From assembly GCA_964220215.1 (NCBI GenBank), contig CAXPTH010000006.1, forward strand, positions 3,863-67,862: a stretch of DNA of 64,000 nucleotides, given 5' to 3'. Origin of the DNA: Alteromonas sp. (GTDB lineage: Bacteria > Margulisbacteria > Marinamargulisbacteria > UBA6595). Positions 18,874 through 28,086 of the stretch are shown here, in pieces. Numbering within the stretch: position 1 is the stretch's first letter; the number at the start of each line of letters is the position of its first letter. The notes under the pieces were generated by a model. The model searched no databases. It was not told where the DNA came from and was given only the letters and a program-made list of their open reading frames with translations. The translations under genes and the position numbers were made by a program.

Positions 18874-20111
18874 ACGGATTCAATGGGGGTTTGTTTATGA
18901 GCATCCACTGGCCCAATAGCGGTTAATCCGGCTTGTGCGAGATCCATGGATGCCATGACATGCTGAATATCGGGTAAGCTGACGGCATCAATTTTATCCA
19001 AGATAGTTGTGACTGGTCGTAATTCTCGATAATAAAACCACGATTTTGCCAGGAACATCATCCAACTGGTACTGGTTTCTAAATTAATAGCAAAGCTACC
19101 TTTAATGTAGCGTTTAACTTTGGTTAATTCATTCGAATCAATGCCGGTTGTGTTTAAATCAGAAAATAGCGAACGAATCACAGATAGCGTGGGGGTATAT
19201 TGATCATTGCTCACGCCACCGGCAATAACCAAGGATCCAGTGGCCTCATAAAAGCTACAGGCTGAATAAATGGAATAGGCCCAGCCCCGTTTTTCACGAA
19301 TTTCTTGAAATAGTCGGGAACTCATGGTGCCGCCCAGTATGGTCGATATCATGGAAAATGCGTATCGGTTGGGGTCTGTGTAGGCGCACGCCTGAAGCCC
19401 GAGACAAAAATGGGTTTGCTCGGTTTGTTTATGAATCGTTGTGCATACGGGATTAATGTCGGGGGTGAGTGAGTCTAAAATAAGGGTGCTGGTGGGTGGT
19501 GTTGGAAAATAAATGGGAATCATATCAAGGAGTGCATTGACGCTGGCAGAGGCCCCCGCTATCGACACAATCATCTGACTGCGTTGCCAATAATAGTTTC
19601 GAAAATCGCGTAAATTGTCACTATTAATTTGAGCTAGGGAGTTGGGTGTCCCTAAAATACTATTCGAAAAAGAGCTGTTGGCCCAATAATCGCTATACCA
19701 CAACTCGTGGACTAAATCTTCTGGCGAATCGTTGATCATATTAATTTCTTCTAGAACGACTTGGCGTTCTTTGTCGATATCGGACTGATTTAAGTTGGAG
19801 TTTAATACCAAATCACTGATTAACCCCAAGGCGGTTTCGGCACAATCGGCGGGTACTGTGATGTAATACAACGTGTACTCACGATCCGTCATGGCGTTAA
19901 TATAGCCACCCATATTATCCACGAGTTCAACAATGGCTTTGGCTGTGTAATTGGGCGTGCCTTTAAAGCACATATGCTCTAGGAAATGGGCTTCTCCCCC
20001 CATAGACTCTTGAGCGAGTCCAACCCGAACAAGAACGCCGATGGAAACGGACTGAAAATGGTCGTTACTGTGGGTAACGACCGACAAGCCATCGCAATCA
20101 ATGTGCTGCAT
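18852..20111 (-). CDS. M16 family (pitrilysin-like) zinc peptidase
   Basis: 419 aa with the inverted zinc motif HFLEHMCFKGT. Its start overlaps the pnp stop (TAATG). Confidence 0.88.
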   Translation of the reverse strand: MQHIDCDGLSVVTHSNDHFQSVSIGVLVRVGLAQESMGGEAHFLEHMCFKGTPNYTAKAIVELVDNMGGYINAMTDREYTLYYITVPADCAETALGLISDLVLNSNLNQSDIDKERQVVLEEINMINDSPEDLVHELWYSDYWANSSFSNSILGTPNSLAQINSDNLRDFRNYYWQRSQMIVSIAGASASVNALLDMIPIYFPTPPTSTLILDSLTPDINPVCTTIHKQTEQTHFCLGLQACAYTDPNRYAFSMISTILGGTMSSRLFQEIREKRGWAYSIYSACSFYEATGSLVIAGGVSNDQYTPTLSVIRSLFSDLNTTGIDSNELTKVKRYIKGSFAINLETSTSWMMFLAKSWFYYRELRPVTTILDKIDAVSLPDIQHVMASMDLAQAGLTAIGPVDAHKQTPIESVWATVAH

Positions 20112-22195
20112 TATACCGGTTCAAGCGCAATTTTATCGCCATCGACCGATAGTACGTGGACCGATATCGTGTCACCCGATTCCCATTGATCTTCTATTCG
20201 TTCATGCCGTTCTTTTTTGAATTTTGAAATATGGGCCAATCCAACACACCCGGGGAACAGTTCAACAAACATGCCAAAGTTGACAATTTTCACCACTTTT
20301 CCGGAATACGTTTCACCGGTTTCAACGGTTTTAGTCATGCCTTCAATGATGCTGCGCGCTTTGTCTAAACTGGCTTGATTTTTCGCTGAAATAGACACAA
20401 GCCCTTTGGTGCCATCTTCCACAATGACTTCGGCACCGGATTCTTCTTCTATTTTACGAATGGTGGAGCCACCCGAACCAATGACCATGCCAACCTTGCT
20501 GGGGTCAATCGTGATGTGCTCCAACCGGGGAGCATTCGCAGACAAAGTATTCCGAGGCGTATCCAACACGGCGGTCATCGTGCCTAGAATGTGCTCACAT
20601 CCGGCTTTGGCTTGATCCAAGGCTTCTTTTAAAATGGCCTGGGATAGACCGGCTACTTTAATATCCAATTGCAAGGCTGAAATACCTTTGGCACTGCGAA
20701 CCACTTTGAAGTCCATATGGCCAAAGAAGTCTTCCATGCCTTGGATATCGGATAAGATAACATGATCGGATTCCGTCAGCAACAATCCCATGGCAATGCC
20801 ACAAATGGGCCGTTTAACGGGAACGCCACCGTCCATTAGAGCCAAACAGCTCGCACACACCGAGGCCATCGAGGACGACCCGTTGGATTCTAAAATTTCG
20901 GATACCAATCGAATGGTATAGGGGAAATCCGCATAATCGGGTAAAATCGCTTCCACTCCACGACGAGCCAAAGCCCCATGGCCGATTTCACGGCGACTCA
21001 AACGCCCCATGTTGCCGACTTCACCCACCGAATAGGGGGGGAAGTTGTAATGAAACAAATAATTCAAATCCCCGTCATCGTCGTTTAACCCATCTTGCAT
21101 TTGGGCATCGTTGGCGGTACCCAGGGTCAAGACACCCAAACTTTGGGTTTCGCCTCGGGTGAATAAGGCTGAACCGTGGGTGGATGGCAACACACCTGTC
21201 TCAACGGATATGGGCCGAATCTCGGTGGGTGTTCGCCCATCGGGGCGTACTTTTTTGGTAATCATAATCCCTTGAATAACGGACTTTTTAACTTGGCTAT
21301 ATAGGCGAGATATAAACTCTGCGTTGTCTTGAGTTTCGTTTAAAAATTGCGCACAGGTTTCAGTTTCAATTGTGGTTAGTGTGTCATGAAGAGTTGCTTT
21401 ATCGGGAGCACTAAATGCGGCTTCAATAGGCCCTTGGATTTGTTGTTCAATGCGTGCGGCAATATCCGAATCCCACTCAACGGGGTCCAAGGCAATTTTA
21501 GCTTTTCCGGACTGCCGAACCAATGTTTTTTGGATATCAATGCCGGACTGCAAGGACTCATGTCCGTATTGAATCGCCGCCATCATTACCGATTCGTCCA
21601 CCTCTTTTGCACCGGCTTCAATCATAAATATCGCTGATTCACTGCCAGCAATGACGGCGTCTAACTGACTGGTTTCAGTGATGCAACGATCAACATGAAA
21701 AGCACCCGCTGTGTCTTGGGTGACTAACGATGCTGAAATGGGCGTTTCGAACGGAATGTCTGATACGCTCAATGCAGCCGATGCCGCAATAATTGCGAAG
21801 GCTTCGGGTTGAATGGTTTGATCATAACTCAAAACGGTGACCACCACTTGCACATCCCGAGTAAACCCTTTGGGGAATACGGGGCGCAATGATCGGTCAA
21901 TCAACCGAGCGGTAAGGGTGGCTAAGGTGCTGGGGCGTGCTTCGCGCTTGAAAAATCCGCCGGGAATTTTTCCTGCGGCATACATTTTTTCTTGAAATTC
22001 AACGGTTAAAGGTAAAAAGTCAACCCCGGGTCTAGGGGCTTTGCTCATGGTTGCTGTTGCGAGTAAGACCAGATCGTTGCATTTTAATACAACAGATCCG
22101 TTGGCTTGCCGAGCCATTTTACCGGTTTCAAGTGTGATTGTTTGATTGTTAACCGTTGCTGTAACGGGTGTGTCTGCGACACAATGCATGGGCAT
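20111..22195 (-). CDS. pnp: polyribonucleotide nucleotidyltransferase (PNPase)
   Basis: 694 aa with two RNase PH domains plus KH (IGSGGSTIRKIEEESG) and S1 (GKVVKIVNFGMFVEL) domains. Confidence 0.96.
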   Translation of the reverse strand: MPMHCVADTPVTATVNNQTITLETGKMARQANGSVVLKCNDLVLLATATMSKAPRPGVDFLPLTVEFQEKMYAAGKIPGGFFKREARPSTLATLTARLIDRSLRPVFPKGFTRDVQVVVTVLSYDQTIQPEAFAIIAASAALSVSDIPFETPISASLVTQDTAGAFHVDRCITETSQLDAVIAGSESAIFMIEAGAKEVDESVMMAAIQYGHESLQSGIDIQKTLVRQSGKAKIALDPVEWDSDIAARIEQQIQGPIEAAFSAPDKATLHDTLTTIETETCAQFLNETQDNAEFISRLYSQVKKSVIQGIMITKKVRPDGRTPTEIRPISVETGVLPSTHGSALFTRGETQSLGVLTLGTANDAQMQDGLNDDDGDLNYLFHYNFPPYSVGEVGNMGRLSRREIGHGALARRGVEAILPDYADFPYTIRLVSEILESNGSSSMASVCASCLALMDGGVPVKRPICGIAMGLLLTESDHVILSDIQGMEDFFGHMDFKVVRSAKGISALQLDIKVAGLSQAILKEALDQAKAGCEHILGTMTAVLDTPRNTLSANAPRLEHITIDPSKVGMVIGSGGSTIRKIEEESGAEVIVEDGTKGLVSISAKNQASLDKARSIIEGMTKTVETGETYSGKVVKIVNFGMFVELFPGCVGLAHISKFKKERHERIEDQWESGDTISVHVLSVDGDKIALEPV

Positions 22196-22485
22196 TAGTG
22201 AATGCTATGCGTTTTAATGTCTAAACGCTCAGTAACATCAGTAAATGTATCAAAATCGCTGTGCTTTAAGTATTTTAGCAGTCGACGGCGACGGCCCACT
22301 TTTTTCAATAGACTGTGGCGCAAATGGTTGTCTTTTTTGTGCGCTTTTAGGTGCTCTGACAAGGCCAAGATGTGGCTGGTTAATAGTGCAATTTGAACGG
22401 CTGCCGATCCGCAGTCTGTTCCGTGTTTTTGATACGACTCAATAATGCTGGCTTTGTTCGACTTAAATTCCTGTGCTGGACCCAA
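22195..22485 (-). CDS. rpsO: 30S ribosomal protein S15
   Basis: 96 aa with GSAAVQIALLTSHILALSEHLKAHKKDNHLRHSLLKKVGRRRRLLKYL. TTG start at 22485-22483, with AGGAGG 7 nt upstream. Confidence 0.93.
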   Translation of the reverse strand: MGPAQEFKSNKASIIESYQKHGTDCGSAAVQIALLTSHILALSEHLKAHKKDNHLRHSLLKKVGRRRRLLKYLKHSDFDTFTDVTERLDIKTHSIH

Positions 22486-22608
22486 TGGTATTCCTCCTAA
22501 GTTTCTATACTAATATTCCACTAAACTATTGTTTTGTTTTTTATCTCTTCTTATTATACTTTAAATAACCCAGTTTGTCAGCTATACTATTGGGACATGA
22601 GTGCGGAA

Positions 22609-22941
22609 ATGACCATTACTGTTTTAAAATCCAAATTGTCGTATGCGGTTGTCACCCAAACGGAGTTGTATTACGAAGGCAGTATTACCTTAGATTCTGA
22701 TTGGATGCGGGCGGCTGATATACGAGCGGGGGAACAGGTGCACGTGGTTAATATTAATAATGGGGAGCGCTTGGTTACCTATGCGATTGCAGGCAAAGCC
22801 GGGTCGGGTATTGTGGCCTTAAATGGCCCGGCGGCGCGGTTGGGTGCGGTTGGGGATCCAGTGTTTGTCCTAACGTATGCACAAATACCAGCCAGTCATA
22901 CTTTGGAGCCGACGGTTTATTCATTAAAAAAGACCTCATGA
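22609..22941 (+). CDS. panD: aspartate 1-decarboxylase
   Basis: The ATG at 22609 gives MTITVLKSKLSYAVVTQTELYYEGSITLD, placing the self-processing Gly24-Ser25 at the canonical position. The longer ORF start at 22534 is unlikely. Confidence 0.92.
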   Translation: MTITVLKSKLSYAVVTQTELYYEGSITLDSDWMRAADIRAGEQVHVVNINNGERLVTYAIAGKAGSGIVALNGPAARLGAVGDPVFVLTYAQIPASHTLEPTVYSLKKTS

Positions 22942-23768
22942 ATGTGTCCAATTGGCCGTTGGATGGGGTCATGCATGCGGTGGGTGTTGGGGTGGATATC
23001 GTTGTTGTTTACAGTTTGGTTTACTACTTGCTGCGTTGGATTCGAAATGTACACTCGCTAGCAATTATTCGGGGGGTGGTGTTTGTGGGGTTTTTATATG
23101 TTGTCTTTCAAGTGTTGCAATTGCATAGCATTAACTGGGTCTTGAGCCAATTAACCAGCGTTTTTCTAATTATTTTAGTGGTTGTGTTTCAACATGATTT
23201 GCGCCGATTGTTGGAACGCTTGGGGGATCCGCGTTGGTTTATGTCTGTGGATTTATACAATAGCCAGGAATCCACACGGGTGATTAAGCAATTGTTGCGT
23301 GCCGTGGATATTTTGTCGAAAAAGAAAATTGGGGGGCTTCTGGTTATTGAAATGAATACGGATTTAAGCCCGTATATTAATACCGGGATTAAAGTCGACG
23401 CGTCTGTCAGTGCTGAATTATTGGTGACATTGTTTTGGCCCAATTCGCCCACGCATGATGGAGCCATTATTTTGCAAAAAAACAAAATATCATCGGTGGA
23501 TTGTTTGCTGCCCTTGTCTGAGGCGTATTTGATTGATCGCTCAATTGGGACTCGGCATCGTGCGGCGTTGGGATTGTCGGAATCAACGGATGCTTTAATT
23601 GTTATTGTTTCAGAAGAAACAGGGATTATTTCATTGGCTGAAAATGGTAATTTGACCCGGTATTTGAATCGGGAGGCATTGGAAGCCCGATTTTTTAAAT
23701 TATATAAAGAGCCAGTTGCTCATGCGAAGCCAGTGGGTTGGTTAAAATCATGGTTAACCAAAGCATGA
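22938..23768 (+). CDS. cdaA: diadenylate cyclase CdaA (membrane-anchored DAC domain)
   Basis: 276 aa with three N-terminal TM helices and the DAC motifs PTHDGAIIL and GTRHRAALGLSE..DALIVIVSEETGIISLAENG. ATGA overlaps with both panD and panB. Confidence 0.9.
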   Translation: MNVSNWPLDGVMHAVGVGVDIVVVYSLVYYLLRWIRNVHSLAIIRGVVFVGFLYVVFQVLQLHSINWVLSQLTSVFLIILVVVFQHDLRRLLERLGDPRWFMSVDLYNSQESTRVIKQLLRAVDILSKKKIGGLLVIEMNTDLSPYINTGIKVDASVSAELLVTLFWPNSPTHDGAIILQKNKISSVDCLLPLSEAYLIDRSIGTRHRAALGLSESTDALIVIVSEETGIISLAENGNLTRYLNREALEARFFKLYKEPVAHAKPVGWLKSWLTKA

Positions 23769-24556
23769 CTAAAACGACGGTGCTATCCCTGCAACAAAAA
23801 AAACAAATGGGCGAGCCGATTGTCTTGTTGACAGCGTATGATTGTATTATGAGCCAACTATTGGCTGAAGTGGGGGTGGATATTGTGTTGGTGGGGGACT
23901 CGTTGGGTAATGTGTTTCAGGGGGATACGACCACTCAATCGGTTACAATTAGCCAAATGGTGTATCACACAGCCGCGGTGCGTCGCGGTTGGCCGGATGG
24001 TTTTATTGTTGCGGACATGCCGTTTATGACAGCCGTTGTATCGGAGGCGGATACCGTTCGGCATGCGGGGCGTTTGATTCAATCGGGTCGGGCGGATGCG
24101 GTTAAAATTGAGGTCATGCATGCCCGTCAGTTGCCGTTGTTGGCGGCCGTTGTTGCCAGTGGGATTCCGGTGATGGCACACATTGGGTTTACGCCACAAG
24201 CGGTGACCCAATTGGGGGGGTATCGGGTTCAAGGGCGTACAGATGCCTCAGCGGCTGCGTGTTTGGAATTGGCGAAGCAATGCGAAGCCCAGGGGGTATT
24301 TTCGGTGTTGCTGGAATTGGTGCCGGATGCGGTGTCTAAACAAATTACAACGGCTGTATCGGTACCGGTGATTGGTGTGGGAGCGGGCCCATCGTGTGAC
24401 GGTCAAGGGCTTGTCAGTACCGATGTGGTGGGTTTATCCCCTAAGGTACCCAAATTTGCTACTCAGTATGCGGATGTTCGATCCAGCATGAAACAGGCCT
24501 TTTCGTCGTTTCAAGCAGAAGTATCGGATGGCTCGTTTCCACCATCGTTTACATAG
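23765..24556 (+). CDS. panB: 3-methyl-2-oxobutanoate hydroxymethyltransferase
   Basis: The start at ATG 23765 gives MTKTTVLSLQQKKQMGEPIVLLTAYD, followed by VGDSLGNV and VKIE. Confidence 0.93.
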   Translation: MTKTTVLSLQQKKQMGEPIVLLTAYDCIMSQLLAEVGVDIVLVGDSLGNVFQGDTTTQSVTISQMVYHTAAVRRGWPDGFIVADMPFMTAVVSEADTVRHAGRLIQSGRADAVKIEVMHARQLPLLAAVVASGIPVMAHIGFTPQAVTQLGGYRVQGRTDASAAACLELAKQCEAQGVFSVLLELVPDAVSKQITTAVSVPVIGVGAGPSCDGQGLVSTDVVGLSPKVPKFATQYADVRSSMKQAFSSFQAEVSDGSFPPSFT

Positions 24557-24566
24557 GCGTGCACCC

Positions 24567-25925
24567 ATGATCCAATTGTACGATACCTTGCACCAAGAAA
24601 AACGGGAATTTAAACCACTCAATCCCCCAGCCGTATCCATGTATGTCTGTGGGGTGACGGTCTATGACGTGTGTCATATTGGGCATGCTCGGGCCTATGT
24701 TGTGTTTGATATGCTCAAGCGGCATTTAGTGGGGTCTGGCTATACGGTGAACCATATTCAGAATTTTACGGACATTGATGACAAAATTATTCGCAAGGCG
24801 GCGGAACAGGATGTGCCCATTACAACCATTACCGAGCGATATACTCAGACATTTTTTGATGACATGGCGGCTTTAAATATTCAGCCGGCGAACCACTATC
24901 CCAAAGCAACGGAGCATATAGCTGAAATTATTGCATTAATTGAGCGATTGTTGCATGTGGGGGCGGCGTTTGTGCATGCCAATGGGGATGTGCTGTTTTC
25001 AACGGCGGCCTTTGATGGGTATGGCAAATTGTCTAAAAAAGTATTGGATGATTTGGAAGCCGGGCATCGGGAAACGGCGCACTCGATCGAATCCCCCAGC
25101 TTGGATTTTGTGTTGTGGAAGCAGTCAAAGCCAGGCGAACCAGCGTGGCCCAGTCCGTGGGGGTCGGGGCGACCGGGTTGGCATATCGAATGCTCGGCAA
25201 TGGCGATGCAGTATTTGGGCGAGCAAATTGATATCCACGGCGGTGGCGAGGACTTGGTGTTTCCGCACCATGAAAACGAAATTGCACAATGTGAATCTTG
25301 TACAGGTAAGCCATTTGTACAATATTGGATCCACAATGGGTTTGTTACCCTGCATCGTCAAAAAATGTCCAAGTCCTTAAACAATACGATTACGATTCGG
25401 GATTTGTTGAATACGGTTGACCCGGGAGCGATTCGCTTGTATTTGTTGCGTACGCATTATCGAACGCCGTTTCAGTTTTCTTGGGATGGTTTGGAAGAAA
25501 CTCGACGATCGTTACACAAGCTGCGCGCATGTTTAGCGGATCCCGAAACGCAGGCGCCAACGGCCATACAAGCCGCTGAATTGGACCACTTACACCAGCG
25601 CTTTACGCAGGCGTTGGACGATGATATCAATACAGCCATGGCGGTGGGCGTATGCTTTGAGATAGTGCGGTATATCCAAACCCAGGGAGTCGGGCGGCGA
25701 GTGCTGCAAAATTGCTTGGATTATTTGGGCATTGCATACGCAATGGAGACCTCAGAAACACCGGCCTTGCCCGCAGTGTGTGAAGCGTTAATGGCCGAGC
25801 GTGAAACGGCACGGGCCCAAAAAGATTTTGCACGATCGGATCAGCTGCGTGATGAGTTGCTTACCCATGGCATTGTGGTAAAAGATGCCCGAGATGGCAC
25901 AACCTGGGAGTGGGTCAAAGGCTAG
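24567..25925 (+). CDS. cysS: cysteine--tRNA ligase
   Basis: The start at ATG 24567 gives MIQLYDTLHQEKREFKP, followed by the HIGH-type CHIGHARAY, GWHIECSAM and KMSKS. Confidence 0.96.
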   Translation: MIQLYDTLHQEKREFKPLNPPAVSMYVCGVTVYDVCHIGHARAYVVFDMLKRHLVGSGYTVNHIQNFTDIDDKIIRKAAEQDVPITTITERYTQTFFDDMAALNIQPANHYPKATEHIAEIIALIERLLHVGAAFVHANGDVLFSTAAFDGYGKLSKKVLDDLEAGHRETAHSIESPSLDFVLWKQSKPGEPAWPSPWGSGRPGWHIECSAMAMQYLGEQIDIHGGGEDLVFPHHENEIAQCESCTGKPFVQYWIHNGFVTLHRQKMSKSLNNTITIRDLLNTVDPGAIRLYLLRTHYRTPFQFSWDGLEETRRSLHKLRACLADPETQAPTAIQAAELDHLHQRFTQALDDDINTAMAVGVCFEIVRYIQTQGVGRRVLQNCLDYLGIAYAMETSETPALPAVCEALMAERETARAQKDFARSDQLRDELLTHGIVVKDARDGTTWEWVKG

Positions 25926-25992
25926 TACCAACGCACAAACTTTGATACACTAAACTTTGTTGTGTTCAAAATAAATCGTAAGGAGTAACCAT

Positions 25993-26523
25993 ATGTTGGA
26001 TGCTATTAGTATACAAACGCGCCATGTGTCAATTACCGATGCCTTAAAAGAGTATGCTCGTGAAAAAGCAGAAAAAGTTACCAAATATTATGACAACATT
26101 CAACGTATTGTTTTGGAATTGTCGATTTTAGAGGGAAACAAGCACAGTCAAATTGTGAAAGCTACGGTTATGGCATCGCAAACGGTGATTCGAGCCACTT
26201 TTGAATCGGGCGATATGTATGCCAGCATTGATGGGGTTGAAGAAAAAATTACCAAGCAGTTAAAAAAGCATCACGATAAATTGCGTACCAATGCACACAA
26301 AGAGTTGAATCACCGGAGTGGCAGTTCGCCATCCAATGCGGCTGCGTATTCAAAGCCGCAGCCCTTGTGTTTGGATAAGCCAACGTTTGTGGATGATGCG
26401 ATTACCCATTTGGAAACGGGCCTATATCCGTTTGTTGTATTTCGTGATGCGCAATCGCGCAAAGTTAGTATTGTCTATGAATCTTGTGATGGTGTATACA
26501 CCGTGATTGAACCGGAAAATTAG
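25993..26523 (+). CDS. hpf: ribosome hibernation promoting factor (long form)
   Basis: 176 aa with an N-terminal RaiA/HPF fold (ITDALKEYAREKAEKVTKYY) and a C-terminal dimerisation domain (PFVVFRDAQSRKVSIVYESCDGVYTVIEPE). AAGGAG lies 7 nt upstream. Confidence 0.88.
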   Translation: MLDAISIQTRHVSITDALKEYAREKAEKVTKYYDNIQRIVLELSILEGNKHSQIVKATVMASQTVIRATFESGDMYASIDGVEEKITKQLKKHHDKLRTNAHKELNHRSGSSPSNAAAYSKPQPLCLDKPTFVDDAITHLETGLYPFVVFRDAQSRKVSIVYESCDGVYTVIEPEN

Positions 26524-26529
26524 GAGGGG

Positions 26530-26898
26530 ATGATGAACGAACAGTATCAGTATGAATTGGTTGTGAATGGGGGTTCTGTTACCCATGAAACTGGGTTTTT
26601 CTTCAAGCCTGCTCCCTTTGTTATTGAGTGGGAGGGGCAAACGGCATCGGTAACGTTTCGGCGCAATGCCCATCATGAAGTAGTCTATGCGATTCAGCAA
26701 GATAATCAATTGGTTGCCGAATTAGAACATCCCGATTATGTGGCGGATGTCGAACCGAACAAATTGGGACGTTTGACCGCTGTGTTTGCTGCCTTGGTCC
26801 ATTTGGGCATTACAGCCAATCAATCATATCACGATTTTTTTGAATCACATTCAGTATCGTTTACCGTTAAACAGCCCATATTTTTAACCGCTGTTTAA
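26530..26898 (+). CDS. hypothetical protein (122 aa)
   Basis: ORF with a strong SD (TAGGAGGGG) immediately upstream. No family recognised. Confidence 0.5.
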   Translation: MMNEQYQYELVVNGGSVTHETGFFFKPAPFVIEWEGQTASVTFRRNAHHEVVYAIQQDNQLVAELEHPDYVADVEPNKLGRLTAVFAALVHLGITANQSYHDFFESHSVSFTVKQPIFLTAV

Positions 26899-26930
26899 GT
26901 ACGCTCTGCATACCGTGATATAATGCCGGT

Positions 26931-27653
26931 ATGATGCAGTCTAACTTGCCATTATTGGGGCACTTGCGTGTATTGCGTGGGGTTTTATTTCGAACCGTGC
27001 TATGGATTGGTTTGGGTGGTGGGGTTGTATTTGCATTGTTTGATGCGGTTGTTGGTGTGTTTTTGCAATTATTTCCCCACACAGCAACACACAATTCGGT
27101 GTTTATGCATCATATTTTTGAAGGCTTTAGTGTGCGATTAAAATTATCGGCTATTGGCGGCATTGTGCTAGCATCACCGGCATGGGTGCTGGACTGGTTA
27201 ACGTTTATCATTCCAGGCTTGAAACGGCGGGAGCGCGTGTGGCTATTGGCGGGGTTGTTGGCAGCTGTTGTGCTGGCTGTATTGGGTGCTGTTGTTGCGT
27301 ATCGGGTGATTTTGCCCCTCAGTATTCAAATTCTAACCGGGTTTTCGTTTGTTCCGGATTCGGTGGGGGTTATGTTGAACTATCAGCATAGTGTGCTGTA
27401 TGCCGTCAAATTTGTTGCCTATAGCGTTCTTGTTTTTCAATTTCCCATTGTTTTGATGGCATTAATGGGGTTGGGGGTGCTAAAGCGTCGGTCGTTACTC
27501 AAAGCCAGTCGGTATAGCGTGATTGGTATTTTTATTGTGTCTGCGATTTTGACCCCGCCGGATATTGTGTCTCAATTGGGGTTAGCGGCACCGTTGATCG
27601 GCCTGTACGGGGCCACGGTCCTGATCGCGTACGCACTTCGGATTGGCTCATGA
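26931..27653 (+). CDS. tatC: twin-arginine translocase subunit TatC
   Basis: 240 aa with six predicted TM helices and a TatC-type N-terminus (LLGHLRVLRGVLFR). Confidence 0.88.
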   Translation: MMQSNLPLLGHLRVLRGVLFRTVLWIGLGGGVVFALFDAVVGVFLQLFPHTATHNSVFMHHIFEGFSVRLKLSAIGGIVLASPAWVLDWLTFIIPGLKRRERVWLLAGLLAAVVLAVLGAVVAYRVILPLSIQILTGFSFVPDSVGVMLNYQHSVLYAVKFVAYSVLVFQFPIVLMALMGLGVLKRRSLLKASRYSVIGIFIVSAILTPPDIVSQLGLAAPLIGLYGATVLIAYALRIGS

Positions 27654-27853
27654 TTGGCATTGGGAGTATTGAATGTGTGTTGGTGTTGGCGGTGGCCATT
27701 TTAATTATTGACCCGTCCGATTGGCCCGTTGTTATTCGAAAAATTCGACAGATATGGCACGGCATCCTGCGGATCTATCATGAAATTATGGGGCAGTGTC
27801 AGGCCATTGAGTCGCAGCTGGATGAAACAGGATCCGATTCATGCGGTGGGTAA
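27650..27853 (+). CDS. TatA/TatB-family translocase subunit
   Basis: 67 aa with a single N-terminal TM helix followed by an amphipathic helix. It overlaps the tatC stop by 4 nt. The hinge is divergent (DP instead of GP). Confidence 0.6.
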   Translation: MIGIGSIECVLVLAVAILIIDPSDWPVVIRKIRQIWHGILRIYHEIMGQCQAIESQLDETGSDSCGG

Positions 27854-28086
27854 TTGGGCTGTATGGCTGTTCCTTTTTGTTGTTGTTTGTGAATGGGTTT
27901 ATTAATGTGCATTTAATGGTTTGGGATGACTATACCTATCAACAGACGCAATCAATTAAAGCACTGGATGCACAAGTGCGAGACAGGCAAATTCAACTCT
28001 GGCATCACAAACGATTGGATCAATTGGAATTGCGTGCGGATCATTACATGCCGTTGCATCAAAAGCGTGCCATTGTTATTCCATGA
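27841..28086 (+). CDS. ftsL: FtsL-like cell-division protein
   Basis: 81 aa, bitopic (one TM helix then a coiled coil), sitting directly upstream of ftsI and overlapping it. The call rests on architecture and position only. Confidence 0.55.
   Translation: MRWVIGLYGCSFLLLFVNGFINVHLMVWDDYTYQQTQSIKALDAQVRDRQIQLWHHKRLDQLELRADHYMPLHQKRAIVIP

Noticed and set aside
24896-25380. 146-aa ORFs on both strands inside cysS (24896-25336 minus, 24940-25380 plus), plus smaller ones
   Set aside because: They are embedded in a confidently identified CysRS coding region, their products have biased composition, and no motifs are present. They are overlapping-frame artefacts.
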